Below, piece by piece: positions 38,812 through 48,053 of a DNA stretch of 64,000 nucleotides. The stretch is from assembly GCA_963667035.1 (NCBI GenBank), contig OY762964.1:2720001-2784000 (forward strand). The letters run 5' to 3'. The translations under genes and the position numbers were made by a program. The stretch comes from Candidatus Cloacimonadales bacterium. Lineage in GTDB: Bacteria > Cloacimonadota > Cloacimonadia > Cloacimonadales > JAFGVF01. The notes under the pieces were generated by a model. The model saw nothing but the letters and a program-made list of their open reading frames with translations. It was not told the DNA's origin and did not search any database. Position 1 is the first letter of the stretch; each line of letters starts with the position of its first letter.

Positions 38812-41800
38812 CTATGGTGAAATCACGACTCTTTTAATCAGATAGAATTTTCTATTGTTGATAATAGGATTAACTATATAGTTATCAGTAGTATATTGAT
38901 AGAAGTTAAACTCTTCATAAGGGTTATCACTTGAGTATATTAAGTAATAATCACAAGCAGGATTGCCATTCCAATTCAATTGTAAATTATTAGAATCGAT
39001 TGTAATTAACGGATTATCTATATAATCAAGTTCATTATCAGTAACAACAATATAGTCGAGTAAAGTAAGGGTGTCGCTCCAAGCATCCTTCTCTAAACGC
39101 AGAATCACATCATAACTCCCAGCCACTAAATAAGTATATTCCGGATTGTTTCCTTCTGCATCCCAAATATTGTCACCATCAAAATCCCATTGTATTCGAT
39201 CTGGAACTCCTCCTGATTCATTTATAAATGGAATCCTTAATGGTGCATCCCCAGTAAGATATTGAGCAGAGAAGCTTATGGGATGATGATAATATATAGC
39301 ACCCATATCAGGTATCGTATCATCCGGATCAAGATTATCGTAAACATATCCTGCATCAATACAAGGAGAACCTTCACTCAGAGAATAATTATACTCATTC
39401 GGATTAACAAACATAGGATTAACATCTATGTTCCCATTTCCCGAGTATCCTCCTTGAACATTACTATATTCAATTGTAATATTTGATCCACTACTACTTA
39501 TAGTTCCATTCAATTCTCTTATTATACTGTTTCTAATAAAAAGCTCGGAATTGATTACATTGAAGTTTGCCAAACCATTTCCGTAAAAAGTAAGGTTATC
39601 AATTATCGAGTTAACACCTTCCATGTATAAACCTTCATCGGCAGTTGATGAGCTATTATAAGCAATAACCACTCTATCAATGTCCTGTTCACCGTAATAA
39701 CTATTCAATCCATTATCAGGGCAATTGATAATCATACAGTTAGAGATAGACACAACTGCTGTAGAATCAATCCATATCCCTGAATTCGAGTTTTCTAATA
39801 TACAATATGAGAGTATGTTCCCAATTATCGCTGAATCTCTATAGAAAGTAATATCAACCCAGTCTCCCTCACTATCTGAATCAGTATTATATCCACTGAA
39901 TACTATTGGATTATCTTCAGATCCCTCAGCAGATAAGTTACCATTATCATGAATAAATATTCCTACGTCATCATTTATTCTAATCTCAACACCGGGTTCA
40001 ATATTCAAAGAATTGTTAACAAAAAGATATTTATAGATGTAATAAGGACTATTGGCTACTGTCCAAGTTTCATTTGTAATGACACTTAGCTCTCTGATAT
40101 TTGATAGCATCGAGATAGTTCTTACTAAAGTTCCACTAACACCTGTAATGTTTGAGATTTCTATTGAATATGGAATCCCGTTAGGAATATCTTCCGACAG
40201 AGTAAGAATAATGTCATTTCCAAGAACATTGATTGCTGACACAGGAATCGAGGACGTGTCATTATCCCTTTGACGTACTGTATAGGAACCTGAATATGCT
40301 GAATTATCAGGATTAAAATCTTCAAGATGCAAAGTTATCTCATTATCAAATGTCTGTTCGGCTTTCAATGTTGCTACATTCTTATGAAGAGAAAGAATGG
40401 GGTCTCCTAAAAGGATAAGTTCAAAGTATGTCTGACGCATTGTTCCTACAGTACTAACAAGATCAAGAATGTCTTCCTTTGAATCTGTGTTTGCTCTACC
40501 AATCTCTTCAATACCTTCATAAACTACAGCATCAAAAAACTCTCTGTTGTAAAACTGACTCGGTCCTTGATTGTAAAAGCTACTATAGAATCCGTAGTTA
40601 GTATTTCCAATATAGGCGAAAGCCCCATGAGGATACTTAATCAGAACTTCTCCTATAGCACTAACACCAGCAATATTGGCAGTCCCACAAGCCTGTGTGT
40701 AGATGAAGCAATAATTATCATTTATTAATAGGGTATCAACATCAGATTCGTATATATCCATAACATAAGCACTTCTTCCATGGCCAATATGTGATATTAT
40801 ATTCACACCATTATTGATTAGATTAGTCACCGTTGCTTTACTAAAATTACTCTCTCTTTCATATAGTTTTGTAATGTAAAAATCGTCCAGATAAGTTCCA
40901 ATCTCATTTTGATGACTACTACCCCATATACCGCTTCCGAGATATTCTCCAACTAATCCTACACGTTTTAGATAATTAGCTTCAATAAGACTATTCTCAT
41001 AGTCAATAGTTTTGGAAATCCAATTCTGAAGATAGGTAATACTATCGCAAGAAGCTCTTCCAATAGATAGTTCAGATAGATAATCAGCTTCATCTCCTGC
41101 CATCCCTCCGGCTTCATTATGGATAGAATAATCTCCTTCTCCGAACAGATTGTCTTGATCATTATCCCAATCACCATCAAGTGAAGAATAATAGTGATCA
41201 CTTATCACAGAATTATTATACCATGATGAGTTGTAATATGCTGTAACTTTCATATATCTTTCAGGAATTTGCACTCTATCACCTCCTAATAGTACATATT
41301 GAAGAGGTTCATCTGTACTGGACCAAGTACTGTAAGCGTCGATAATGAAATTTCTTAACTTTTCAGCATTATCCCTACCTGAATAGTTGGAATAAATATC
41401 CGTAGTTACAAACAATCCTACATTTACTCCCATTCCGGTTTTATGGTTGATAAACTCGGTCCATTCATTGCTATAACCTAACGATGATATAATTATGTAC
41501 TCATAAGGGTTTGAGGGGGAGACCAACGAAGTTCTTGGGTTATAAGAAATATTGTCGCGATTAAAATAACTACGTATAACTTCCGGATTAGCCAAGTCCA
41601 TTGAAGCTATGATATTCTGAAGGAAGTTTGGCTTTAATAGCTTCATGCTTTGTTTATTTGCTAATTCTTCATCATAGTTTGTAATAACATTTAGCGATAA
41701 TGATTTATTGATTATTACTTTGTTTTCAATAGGACTATATTGAAATGGGAATAATCTAACAATTGCAATATCTACACCATTTTTCCTATGAACTCCTACT

Positions 41801-42162
41801 ATTTCATAAGGTTTTGCAGGATAGATCTTGTTACTAGAATAGATTTCATTGTTAATTGTATAAGAAATCTGTCCATCGGTGTAAGGGATGTTAGGTTGTA
41901 TAGAGGGAATTTTAAAGGGGATACTAATAGAATCACTAGTCGCTGTATAATCACATTTGCTTATCATGTTACCATAAGGGATTACAATCATTCTGGAGAC
42001 AAAAGGAAGAGCCGGGCTACCAATATCTTCTCGATATTTACAATTCTCTTGAATATCCCTTAAGTCATTTACAGAAAAGTGATTTAAATCAATATCCAAT
42101 TGTATGCCGGAAAGTAAAAGAGTAAGAGAGATTAGACAATGGATTAATATCAGCTTTTTCAT
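38812..42162 (-). CDS. C25 (gingipain-like) cysteine peptidase with propeptide, beta-helix region and PKD domain
   Basis: YVLLGGD, SDHYYS.LDG, IGR, catalytic GHG and QAC, LLGDP; SPCIDAG..DPD..DMGA; WDFDGD PKD motif. Confidence 0.85.
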   Translation of the reverse strand: MKKLILIHCLISLTLLLSGIQLDIDLNHFSVNDLRDIQENCKYREDIGSPALPFVSRMIVIPYGNMISKCDYTATSDSISIPFKIPSIQPNIPYTDGQISYTINNEIYSSNKIYPAKPYEIVGVHRKNGVDIAIVRLFPFQYSPIENKVIINKSLSLNVITNYDEELANKQSMKLLKPNFLQNIIASMDLANPEVIRSYFNRDNISYNPRTSLVSPSNPYEYIIISSLGYSNEWTEFINHKTGMGVNVGLFVTTDIYSNYSGRDNAEKLRNFIIDAYSTWSSTDEPLQYVLLGGDRVQIPERYMKVTAYYNSSWYNNSVISDHYYSSLDGDWDNDQDNLFGEGDYSIHNEAGGMAGDEADYLSELSIGRASCDSITYLQNWISKTIDYENSLIEANYLKRVGLVGEYLGSGIWGSSHQNEIGTYLDDFYITKLYERESNFSKATVTNLINNGVNIISHIGHGRSAYVMDIYESDVDTLLINDNYCFIYTQACGTANIAGVSAIGEVLIKYPHGAFAYIGNTNYGFYSSFYNQGPSQFYNREFFDAVVYEGIEEIGRANTDSKEDILDLVSTVGTMRQTYFELILLGDPILSLHKNVATLKAEQTFDNEITLHLEDFNPDNSAYSGSYTVRQRDNDTSSIPVSAINVLGNDIILTLSEDIPNGIPYSIEISNITGVSGTLVRTISMLSNIRELSVITNETWTVANSPYYIYKYLFVNNSLNIEPGVEIRINDDVGIFIHDNGNLSAEGSEDNPIVFSGYNTDSDSEGDWVDITFYRDSAIIGNILSYCILENSNSGIWIDSTAVVSISNCMIINCPDNGLNSYYGEQDIDRVVIAYNSSSTADEGLYMEGVNSIIDNLTFYGNGLANFNVINSELFIRNSIIRELNGTISSSGSNITIEYSNVQGGYSGNGNIDVNPMFVNPNEYNYSLSEGSPCIDAGYVYDNLDPDDTIPDMGAIYYHHPISFSAQYLTGDAPLRIPFINESGGVPDRIQWDFDGDNIWDAEGNNPEYTYLVAGSYDVILRLEKDAWSDTLTLLDYIVVTDNELDYIDNPLITIDSNNLQLNWNGNPACDYYLIYSSDNPYEEFNFYQYTTDNYIVNPIINNRKFYLIKRVVISP

Positions 42163-42233
42163 ACTACCATCCTTTTGGATATAACAATATGATAGAGAAT
42201 ATTATGCGTCAAGAAAAAGAGGGATAAATAATA

Positions 42234-42268
42234 AAATCCTCACCCCCGGGGATGGAGATGAGGACTTT
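42234..42268 (-). terminator. Probable terminator
   Basis: GC-rich hairpin closed by TCCTCA/TGAGGA, followed on the minus strand by TTTTATTATTT. Confidence 0.6.
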
Positions 42269-42674
42269 AGGAAAGAAAGAACAGCCAGAATGACTGTTAC
42301 AAGGAGGGAAGCGGGTATTTTGGGGTAAAATTTGCGAGGATTACCCTAAATTTATTTTGAAACTTAAAAAACTTAAATCGAAAAGCAATAATGCCTCCTC
42401 TAGTTTCCGGACAATAGAAGGACATTACGCCAAAAAACGAATCATCACCCTTAATTTGTTTTTCCGATAGGGTAAATCGGTACACGATATCATCACTTAT
42501 GCACATTAATTCTGAGGTATAGGGAACCTCATCTATATGGTTTCGTAAAAAACTTTGGTAGCTAATAAGGAATAAACACTTATAATCAATGTATTACATC
42601 TCTAAAGATAATACATCTTTAAAGCACACAAAAAAACAGGGTGCTTAAATCAACACTGAGACCTTAAAGAAATC

Positions 42675-42845
42675 TTACAGAAGTACAAGAGTACAACTAT
42701 CTGAGATAGCTGATGGGAAAAAATCTATTTCGTCGGCATTTAAACGATCGTCTCTAACAAAAAGCAGTTGATTATCCTGCTTACTCCCACAGTCAGATTC
42801 GGTCCAGAATTCAGTATTAAGTTTTTTTACTTCTGCATTTCTCAT
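42675..42845 (-). CDS. Putative 56-aa small protein (MRNAEVKKLNTEFWTESDCG...DSCTLVLL)
   Basis: AAGGAAG RBS 6 nt upstream of ATG; open for 57 codons; not in the ORF track. Confidence 0.45.
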   Translation of the reverse strand: MRNAEVKKLNTEFWTESDCGSKQDNQLLFVRDDRLNADEIDFFPSAISDSCTLVLL

Positions 42846-42920
42846 TTTACACTTCCTTTAGCTTAAAAATCTTGATTTACGAAACTTCATAAGATGTGCT
42901 ATTTAAGTGATTCTATGGAA

Positions 42921-43154
42921 TTATTTTTCTACTACGTAAATGATTCCATCAACCTCTATGTATTCAACGTCGCCTTCTTCAACTTCGGCTTTGTAGATTA
43001 CTACTTTGTGATCTAAATTTGCGATATCAGCGGTAGTAATTATTGGTGTTGTTTCAACTGCTGCTACTTTTCCGCTAACTGTAGTAAATGTTTGACAAAA
43101 AATTCCACTTACTAAGACTACGACCATTAGGAAAGAAAGAACTAACTTTTTCAT
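42921..43154 (-). CDS. Small secreted hypothetical protein (77 aa)
   Basis: GAGG RBS, MKKLVLSFLMVVVLVSGIFC signal peptide, acidic beta-rich tail. Confidence 0.7.
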   Translation of the reverse strand: MKKLVLSFLMVVVLVSGIFCQTFTTVSGKVAAVETTPIITTADIANLDHKVVIYKAEVEEGDVEYIEVDGIIYVVEK

Positions 43155-43224
43155 TTTAAACCTCGCTTTTCGATTAAGTTTCATAAAGTAAGACTGAGTT
43201 TTTTTAAAACGGGGACGCAAAGTA

Positions 43225-44211
43225 ATGAATAAAATTGATTTTACTACTGTTCAGAATGTAGCTTTTCGTATAGCTTACAAGAAGTTAGGAACAAAAGAAG
43301 ACGCCGAGGACATAGCTCAAATTGTTTTAATGAAACTCTATTTGAACATAGAGAAGGTTAAACCTGAAGCTATCAAGTCCTGGGTTACCAGAGTAGCCAA
43401 CAACGAAATTGCTGATTTTTGTAAGAATAATAATATTGCTCTTACAGGTCAGGATTTCGATGTGATTCCTGATGCCTATCTTCCTGAGATACATGATCAA
43501 AAGAAAAAACAGGATCCCATTCTGAATGATATTATTGATACATTACCTCCTGAGCAAAAGCGATTAATAAATATATACTTCTCGACAGGCGAAAAAATAA
43601 GAACGATTGCAGAGCGAGAAGGCATTGGATATGACAAATTAAAGAAATTATTGTATCGTGTCAAAAAAGATATTTTTGCTGAGTACCATATTAGGACTGG
43701 TTATAACTGCTCTAAAGAGATTGTTAGTTCCAAATTGAATGAGAATATCCAACGCTTTATGAAGAAGTTCAAGAAATGTGTAGAAACGGACTCTTTAGAA
43801 AAAATGAGGATATATTTCGGCAAAAAAATTTCTTCCGAGGAGATTCCAAAACTCAATATCAGATCAATTCACGACTACACAATCAGACTTCTTGAGAAAG
43901 ACTTGTATAGATTAACAATGATTTTCTTTGAAAAGGACAAACCAAGTCCCAGCTTTCTTTTCATGGAGTTTGAGATAACGGATTCAGGGAACATCAAAGT
44001 AGTAAAACTTCCTTTTGTCCCTTCCAGAGTTACCGCCTGTAATCCTGAAAAACTACCTAACAACGTTGCCGATCTGGTTACTAAGAGAGAGAAGGGTAGA
44101 CCGGTGATTACCGATGCCCAATTCAGCGATATTGCTAAAACCTACGGTACCCCTGTACCCCCGACTGCAGCAACAGAGATTAATAAAGAAGAAGATAAGA
44201 ATAAAAAATAA
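43225..44211 (+). CDS. ECF sigma factor with long C-terminal extension
   Basis: Region 2 (EDAEDIAQ..., SWVTRVANN), region 4 (LPPEQK...IAEREGI), about 170 aa extension containing NPEKL. Confidence 0.82.
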   Translation: MNKIDFTTVQNVAFRIAYKKLGTKEDAEDIAQIVLMKLYLNIEKVKPEAIKSWVTRVANNEIADFCKNNNIALTGQDFDVIPDAYLPEIHDQKKKQDPILNDIIDTLPPEQKRLINIYFSTGEKIRTIAEREGIGYDKLKKLLYRVKKDIFAEYHIRTGYNCSKEIVSSKLNENIQRFMKKFKKCVETDSLEKMRIYFGKKISSEEIPKLNIRSIHDYTIRLLEKDLYRLTMIFFEKDKPSPSFLFMEFEITDSGNIKVVKLPFVPSRVTACNPEKLPNNVADLVTKREKGRPVITDAQFSDIAKTYGTPVPPTAATEINKEEDKNKK

Positions 44212-44212
44212 T

Positions 44213-44240
44213 AAAAAGGGACAGCTTTACACTATCCCTT
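44213..44240. terminator. Terminator between convergent genes
   Basis: AAAAAGGGACAG...CTATCCCTT imperfect hairpin with an A tract on the left. Confidence 0.55.
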
Positions 44241-44261
44241 GTATATAATACTTATGTTTAT

Positions 44262-45188
44262 TTACTTGTTAACTTGGAAGGTTGTATCACCTCTTTCGAA
44301 ATAAGCAATTATCTGTTTAATTGCAGCCATTCCGGCATTGAAATTAGCCTCGCTTGTTTGAGCACCCATTTTCTTAGGAGTAAACAGTACTCTATCAGCA
44401 AATTTAGCTTCAATCTCTTCTTTGCATGCAGGTGCAATGTCAGATAAATATTTGAAATCGTTTCTTTCTTCCATAACCCTTAAGAGGTCTTCTTCATGAA
44501 TAACTTCTTTACGAGCAGTATTTACTAAAACAGCATTCTTTGGCATAGAATTAAGAAGAGTGTAATTAATAGATTCTTTAGTCTTCGCATTTGCCGGTAA
44601 ATGAAGAGAAATATACTGACAAGTTGAATAAAGTTCTTCAACAGAACTTACCGGAATAACATTATCCTCTTTCATTATACAGTCGCATACAAATGGGTCG
44701 TATGCATAAACTTTCATACCGAATCCATGTGCTATTTGAGCAATCAAGCGTCCGATATTACCATAAGCGTGAATACCTAGAGTTTTTTCTCTAAGCTCTG
44801 TTCCTGCTTTTGGAGTAAGCTTATTACGGGCCATAAACAGCATCATACCGAAAGCAAGCTCTGCTACAGCATTTGAGTTTTGTCCCGGAGTATTCATAAC
44901 AACAATACCCTTCTCATTAGCTGCATCAAGGTTCACATTGTCATATCCTGCACCGCCACGAACAACTATCTTCAGATTTTCTGCTTTTGCAATAACTTCA
45001 GGGGTAACCTTATCCGATCTGATGATTAAAGCATCAACATCTTTCACTGCATCCAAAAACTGGGCATTGTCTTCATATTTCTCTAACAATACAAGCTCAT
45101 AACCTGCTTCTTGGCATTCTTTCTCAATAGCAACTACCGTGTCTTTTGAGAAAGGCTTTTCTGTCGCAACAAGTACTTTTTTAGACAT
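44262..45188 (-). CDS. serA: D-3-phosphoglycerate dehydrogenase-like (D-2-hydroxyacid dehydrogenase, short form)
   Basis: LIIRSD, GAGYDNV, VMNTPGQNSNAVAEL, ISLHLP, VNTAR, TPKKMGAQT. Confidence 0.8.
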   Translation of the reverse strand: MSKKVLVATEKPFSKDTVVAIEKECQEAGYELVLLEKYEDNAQFLDAVKDVDALIIRSDKVTPEVIAKAENLKIVVRGGAGYDNVNLDAANEKGIVVMNTPGQNSNAVAELAFGMMLFMARNKLTPKAGTELREKTLGIHAYGNIGRLIAQIAHGFGMKVYAYDPFVCDCIMKEDNVIPVSSVEELYSTCQYISLHLPANAKTKESINYTLLNSMPKNAVLVNTARKEVIHEEDLLRVMEERNDFKYLSDIAPACKEEIEAKFADRVLFTPKKMGAQTSEANFNAGMAAIKQIIAYFERGDTTFQVNK

Positions 45189-45333
45189 AACGTCCTCCTG
45201 TTTCTATTTTATAATTTATGTGTTTGAAATAAGCAAATTGTTCTTTCATGTCAAACAATTTAGTGAGGAGATATTCTTTTATTTGTTTATAATATCCTTA
45301 ATAGGTTAATATCAGTAACCGGAAAGTATTGGA

Positions 45334-47067
45334 TTACATATCTTCAAAGAATGGATTCATCTGATCAATTTCTTCATTCTGAAGAATTTCAAAGACTTCT
45401 TCGGCACTCTTGGATTCTATAATCTGGTTTTTAATCTGTTGATTGTGTCCAAATATCCTTGATATTGTAGCCAAGGCTTTAAGATGGTATTTATAATGCT
45501 TCTGAGGAGTTGCAATTAGAATGATGATATGAACGGGTTTATCGTCCAATGATTCGAAATCAATTCCTTTTCGAGAGACACCGATAACGCCCTGAATTGT
45601 GGGGCCTCCCTCAATAATTGCATGAGGAATAGCAATGTTATTACCTATACCGGTAGACATTTCACTCTCTCTTTTCTTAACTCCCTCTTTAAGTTTCTGG
45701 AGGGAAATAGATCTTATATGGTGAGTTTTATGCATCAATTCGGTTAACTTATCCAATGTCTCCCACTTATTCATATTCTCAAGATCAAGCATAATGTACT
45801 CTTCTTGCAGGAAATCTAGAAGTCTTAATCGGTCTTTATTAACTTCACCTGTTTTCTTAAGTATCCATGAAGTACATAAAGGTCCTAAGAAATCAAATAC
45901 TATGATTGCAGTAAGAGTTATTGAGTTAATCTCCTTAGCATATTGATGGAACGACGGTTCATTTTGAGTGAGTGTAACAAGACCTAGAGACAAAGCAGCC
46001 ATGGGAAAAAGAGCATATCCGATGTTATTCTTAATTGTATTAGCCGATCCGGCAATTACAGCCCCTAATCTAGCTCCGGTAAATTTACCTATCAGCCTTA
46101 CCAAGATTACTACAATTCCTATTAGTCCGGTAATTTTAAATATTTCAATATCAAAATGCACACCTGCAATAACAAAGAACACATAGAAAATCTCTTTTTC
46201 TATCTCTGATAAAGCATTAAAAATCTCATTCTTATAACGTGATTTATTAGTGAGTATAACACCTAATATCAGTGTTGAAAGAATACTTGAAAAGTGGAAT
46301 GTCTCAGAAATTCCAACAGTTATGAGAATAGCAATAAGTACCATTCCTGTAAAAGAGGAAGGTTTAATCTTTCTTTTATTAAGCTTTATAAGAAGATATC
46401 CGGTCACTCCTCCTATTAAGACGGATTCAAGTATCATCAGCACCGGTTTTATCAATTGGTGAAGTAAATCTGTTTCCTGATTCAAGTGACTAACAATATA
46501 ACTATAGGCGAAATAAAAGATAGTTATAATGACAACATTGTTAAGAGCTATACTTGATAACACAGTCTTCGTTAGAATGCCTTTAGCTCTTTCTTTTCTA
46601 ACCTCATGGATGATCGATTCAGGAGACGTTGCACTTATTATCACAGACACAATTAAAGAGATTTCGACCGGTTGTTTCAATATCCAGTGCATTACGGTAA
46701 AAGTCAAGCCGCTTACAATGAATATATCGGAAAAAGTAATCCAGAAGATTCGTTTACCGGCATTGTGTAATCTATTATAATCCAAATGACTACCTATAAT
46801 AAGACCAAACAGTCCAATTGCAAAGTTAGTTATGGGATTAATTGCTTCAAAGTATTCTTCGGAAAAGATGTTTAAAATGTATTTACCAATAGCTATTCCA
46901 CCAAGAATCAAAGCAATTTCGGTTGGTACCTTAATTTTCTTCGCCACCCATGAGAAGACTATTCCTGTTATTAGAATAATTGACAGAACCAACAAGCTAT
47001 TGGGATGCTCAACTAGCGGTCTCTGATGCTTGATATAGTTCATGGCTGTATAAAGAAATCCATCCAT
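45334..47067 (-). CDS. Cation:proton antiporter fused to PTS EIIA (Ntr/Fru-type) domain
   Basis: About 12 TM CPA-like region (SATSP, FFVIAG, RLIGK) plus RE..MSTGIGNNIAIPHA phospho-His motif. Confidence 0.87.
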   Translation of the reverse strand: MDGFLYTAMNYIKHQRPLVEHPNSLLVLSIILITGIVFSWVAKKIKVPTEIALILGGIAIGKYILNIFSEEYFEAINPITNFAIGLFGLIIGSHLDYNRLHNAGKRIFWITFSDIFIVSGLTFTVMHWILKQPVEISLIVSVIISATSPESIIHEVRKERAKGILTKTVLSSIALNNVVIITIFYFAYSYIVSHLNQETDLLHQLIKPVLMILESVLIGGVTGYLLIKLNKRKIKPSSFTGMVLIAILITVGISETFHFSSILSTLILGVILTNKSRYKNEIFNALSEIEKEIFYVFFVIAGVHFDIEIFKITGLIGIVVILVRLIGKFTGARLGAVIAGSANTIKNNIGYALFPMAALSLGLVTLTQNEPSFHQYAKEINSITLTAIIVFDFLGPLCTSWILKKTGEVNKDRLRLLDFLQEEYIMLDLENMNKWETLDKLTELMHKTHHIRSISLQKLKEGVKKRESEMSTGIGNNIAIPHAIIEGGPTIQGVIGVSRKGIDFESLDDKPVHIIILIATPQKHYKYHLKALATISRIFGHNQQIKNQIIESKSAEEVFEILQNEEIDQMNPFFEDM

Positions 47068-47224
47068 TACTTGTTACTCCTTTGATTATGGGATTTATTA
47101 TAAAAACTATTGGTATTAATATGTACTGATTAATTTTACGGTTCAAGATTTATGTTGTCAATATATAAATCTGCAGTAGCGAAACTGCTTAGTCTAATTT
47201 CTCGGTAAACTTCTCTATTCATTC

Positions 47225-47521
47225 TGTAGTGTCCTGAATAAGTTTACCATAGTTTTAGTTACTCAGTTTACTTCATTTGATTGAAATAATTCTATCTTTT
47301 CTAAATTGATTAACTACGAAGCATATACACTTTCCGGAGTGTTGTAGTCAAGTGAAGAATGATATCTTTTGTTATTATATATATCTATTGCTTCTTCTGT
47401 TGCTTGTAAAGCAACTTTCTTGTTTGGGAATTTCAATATCATTCCCGGATCATGCTTCAATGTTCTATTTACTCATCATTTCTCCTGTTCCTTTTTAGGG
47501 TAACCTATCCAGGACAGTACA
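47225..47521 (-). mobile_element. Internally deleted IS3-family element (MITE-like, 297 bp)
   Basis: Imperfect terminal IRs TGTACTGTCCTGGATAGGTTACCC and TGTAGTGTCCTGAATAAGTTTACC (TG...CA ends); residual integrase tail VNRTLK...AIDIYNNKRYHSSLDYNTP. Confidence 0.85.
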
Positions 47522-47544
47522 ACCTCTTTTTGCTCGGTTAATCA

Positions 47545-47805
47545 ACGCACTGCGTTCGCACTGTGTCTGCAGTGTGAATGCATTGTCAACCCACTGATTC
47601 ACCGGGTTCATAGTGCGGGTACAGTGGAAAAACAGTGGGATGATTATGCTTTGATGGAGTTTGCCATGAAACCTTCACGTTATTATCTCCCGTTTTGCCC
47701 GTGATTAACAAGCACAAAATCGAGGCATGCATGTCACAAAAAACTCGCATCGTTCTTGCATAGTTATGCAAGATTTATGCAAGGGTTATGCAAGAGTCTC
47801 GTAAG
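47545..47805. repeat. Two degenerate 11-bp phased repeat arrays
   Basis: (G/C)CA(C/G/T)TG at 47547, 47558, 47569, 47580, 47591 and A(T/C)AGTG at 47610, 47621, 47632; TTATGCAAG at 47764, 47775, 47786. Confidence 0.7.
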
Positions 47806-48053
47806 TTGGATGTGGTTATTTGTCATGAGAGAATCTGGAGATTGGAGGGTTACCTCCCATGTAATACTCCCAATGGGAGTAAAAAGAAAAGCAAGAGCAT
47901 AGTTTTAAGAGCTGTGTGAGTAAAAAATGTAATGCTTATGATAGTTATTGGATTAACTCTTCAGAATAGTATAATTGTTAACTACCTGAAAAAACTTGCC
48001 AAGAATTTGAAAGCGATAATAGCTTGGCTCAACTATTTGAAAGAGGTAAAAGT

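Noticed and set aside
42297..42506. 69-aa minus-strand ORF
   Set aside because: No RBS and no recognisable motif; treated as a chance ORF.
43185..43250. GGGACGCAAAG resembling the c-di-GMP-I (GEMM) riboswitch core
   Set aside because: No GNRA-capped P2, no tetraloop-receptor CTAA stem, and the sequence runs directly into the sigma factor start codon.
47586..47771. 61-aa minus-strand ORF across the second repeat array
   Set aside because: Lies within degenerate repeats with no RBS and no protein-like features.
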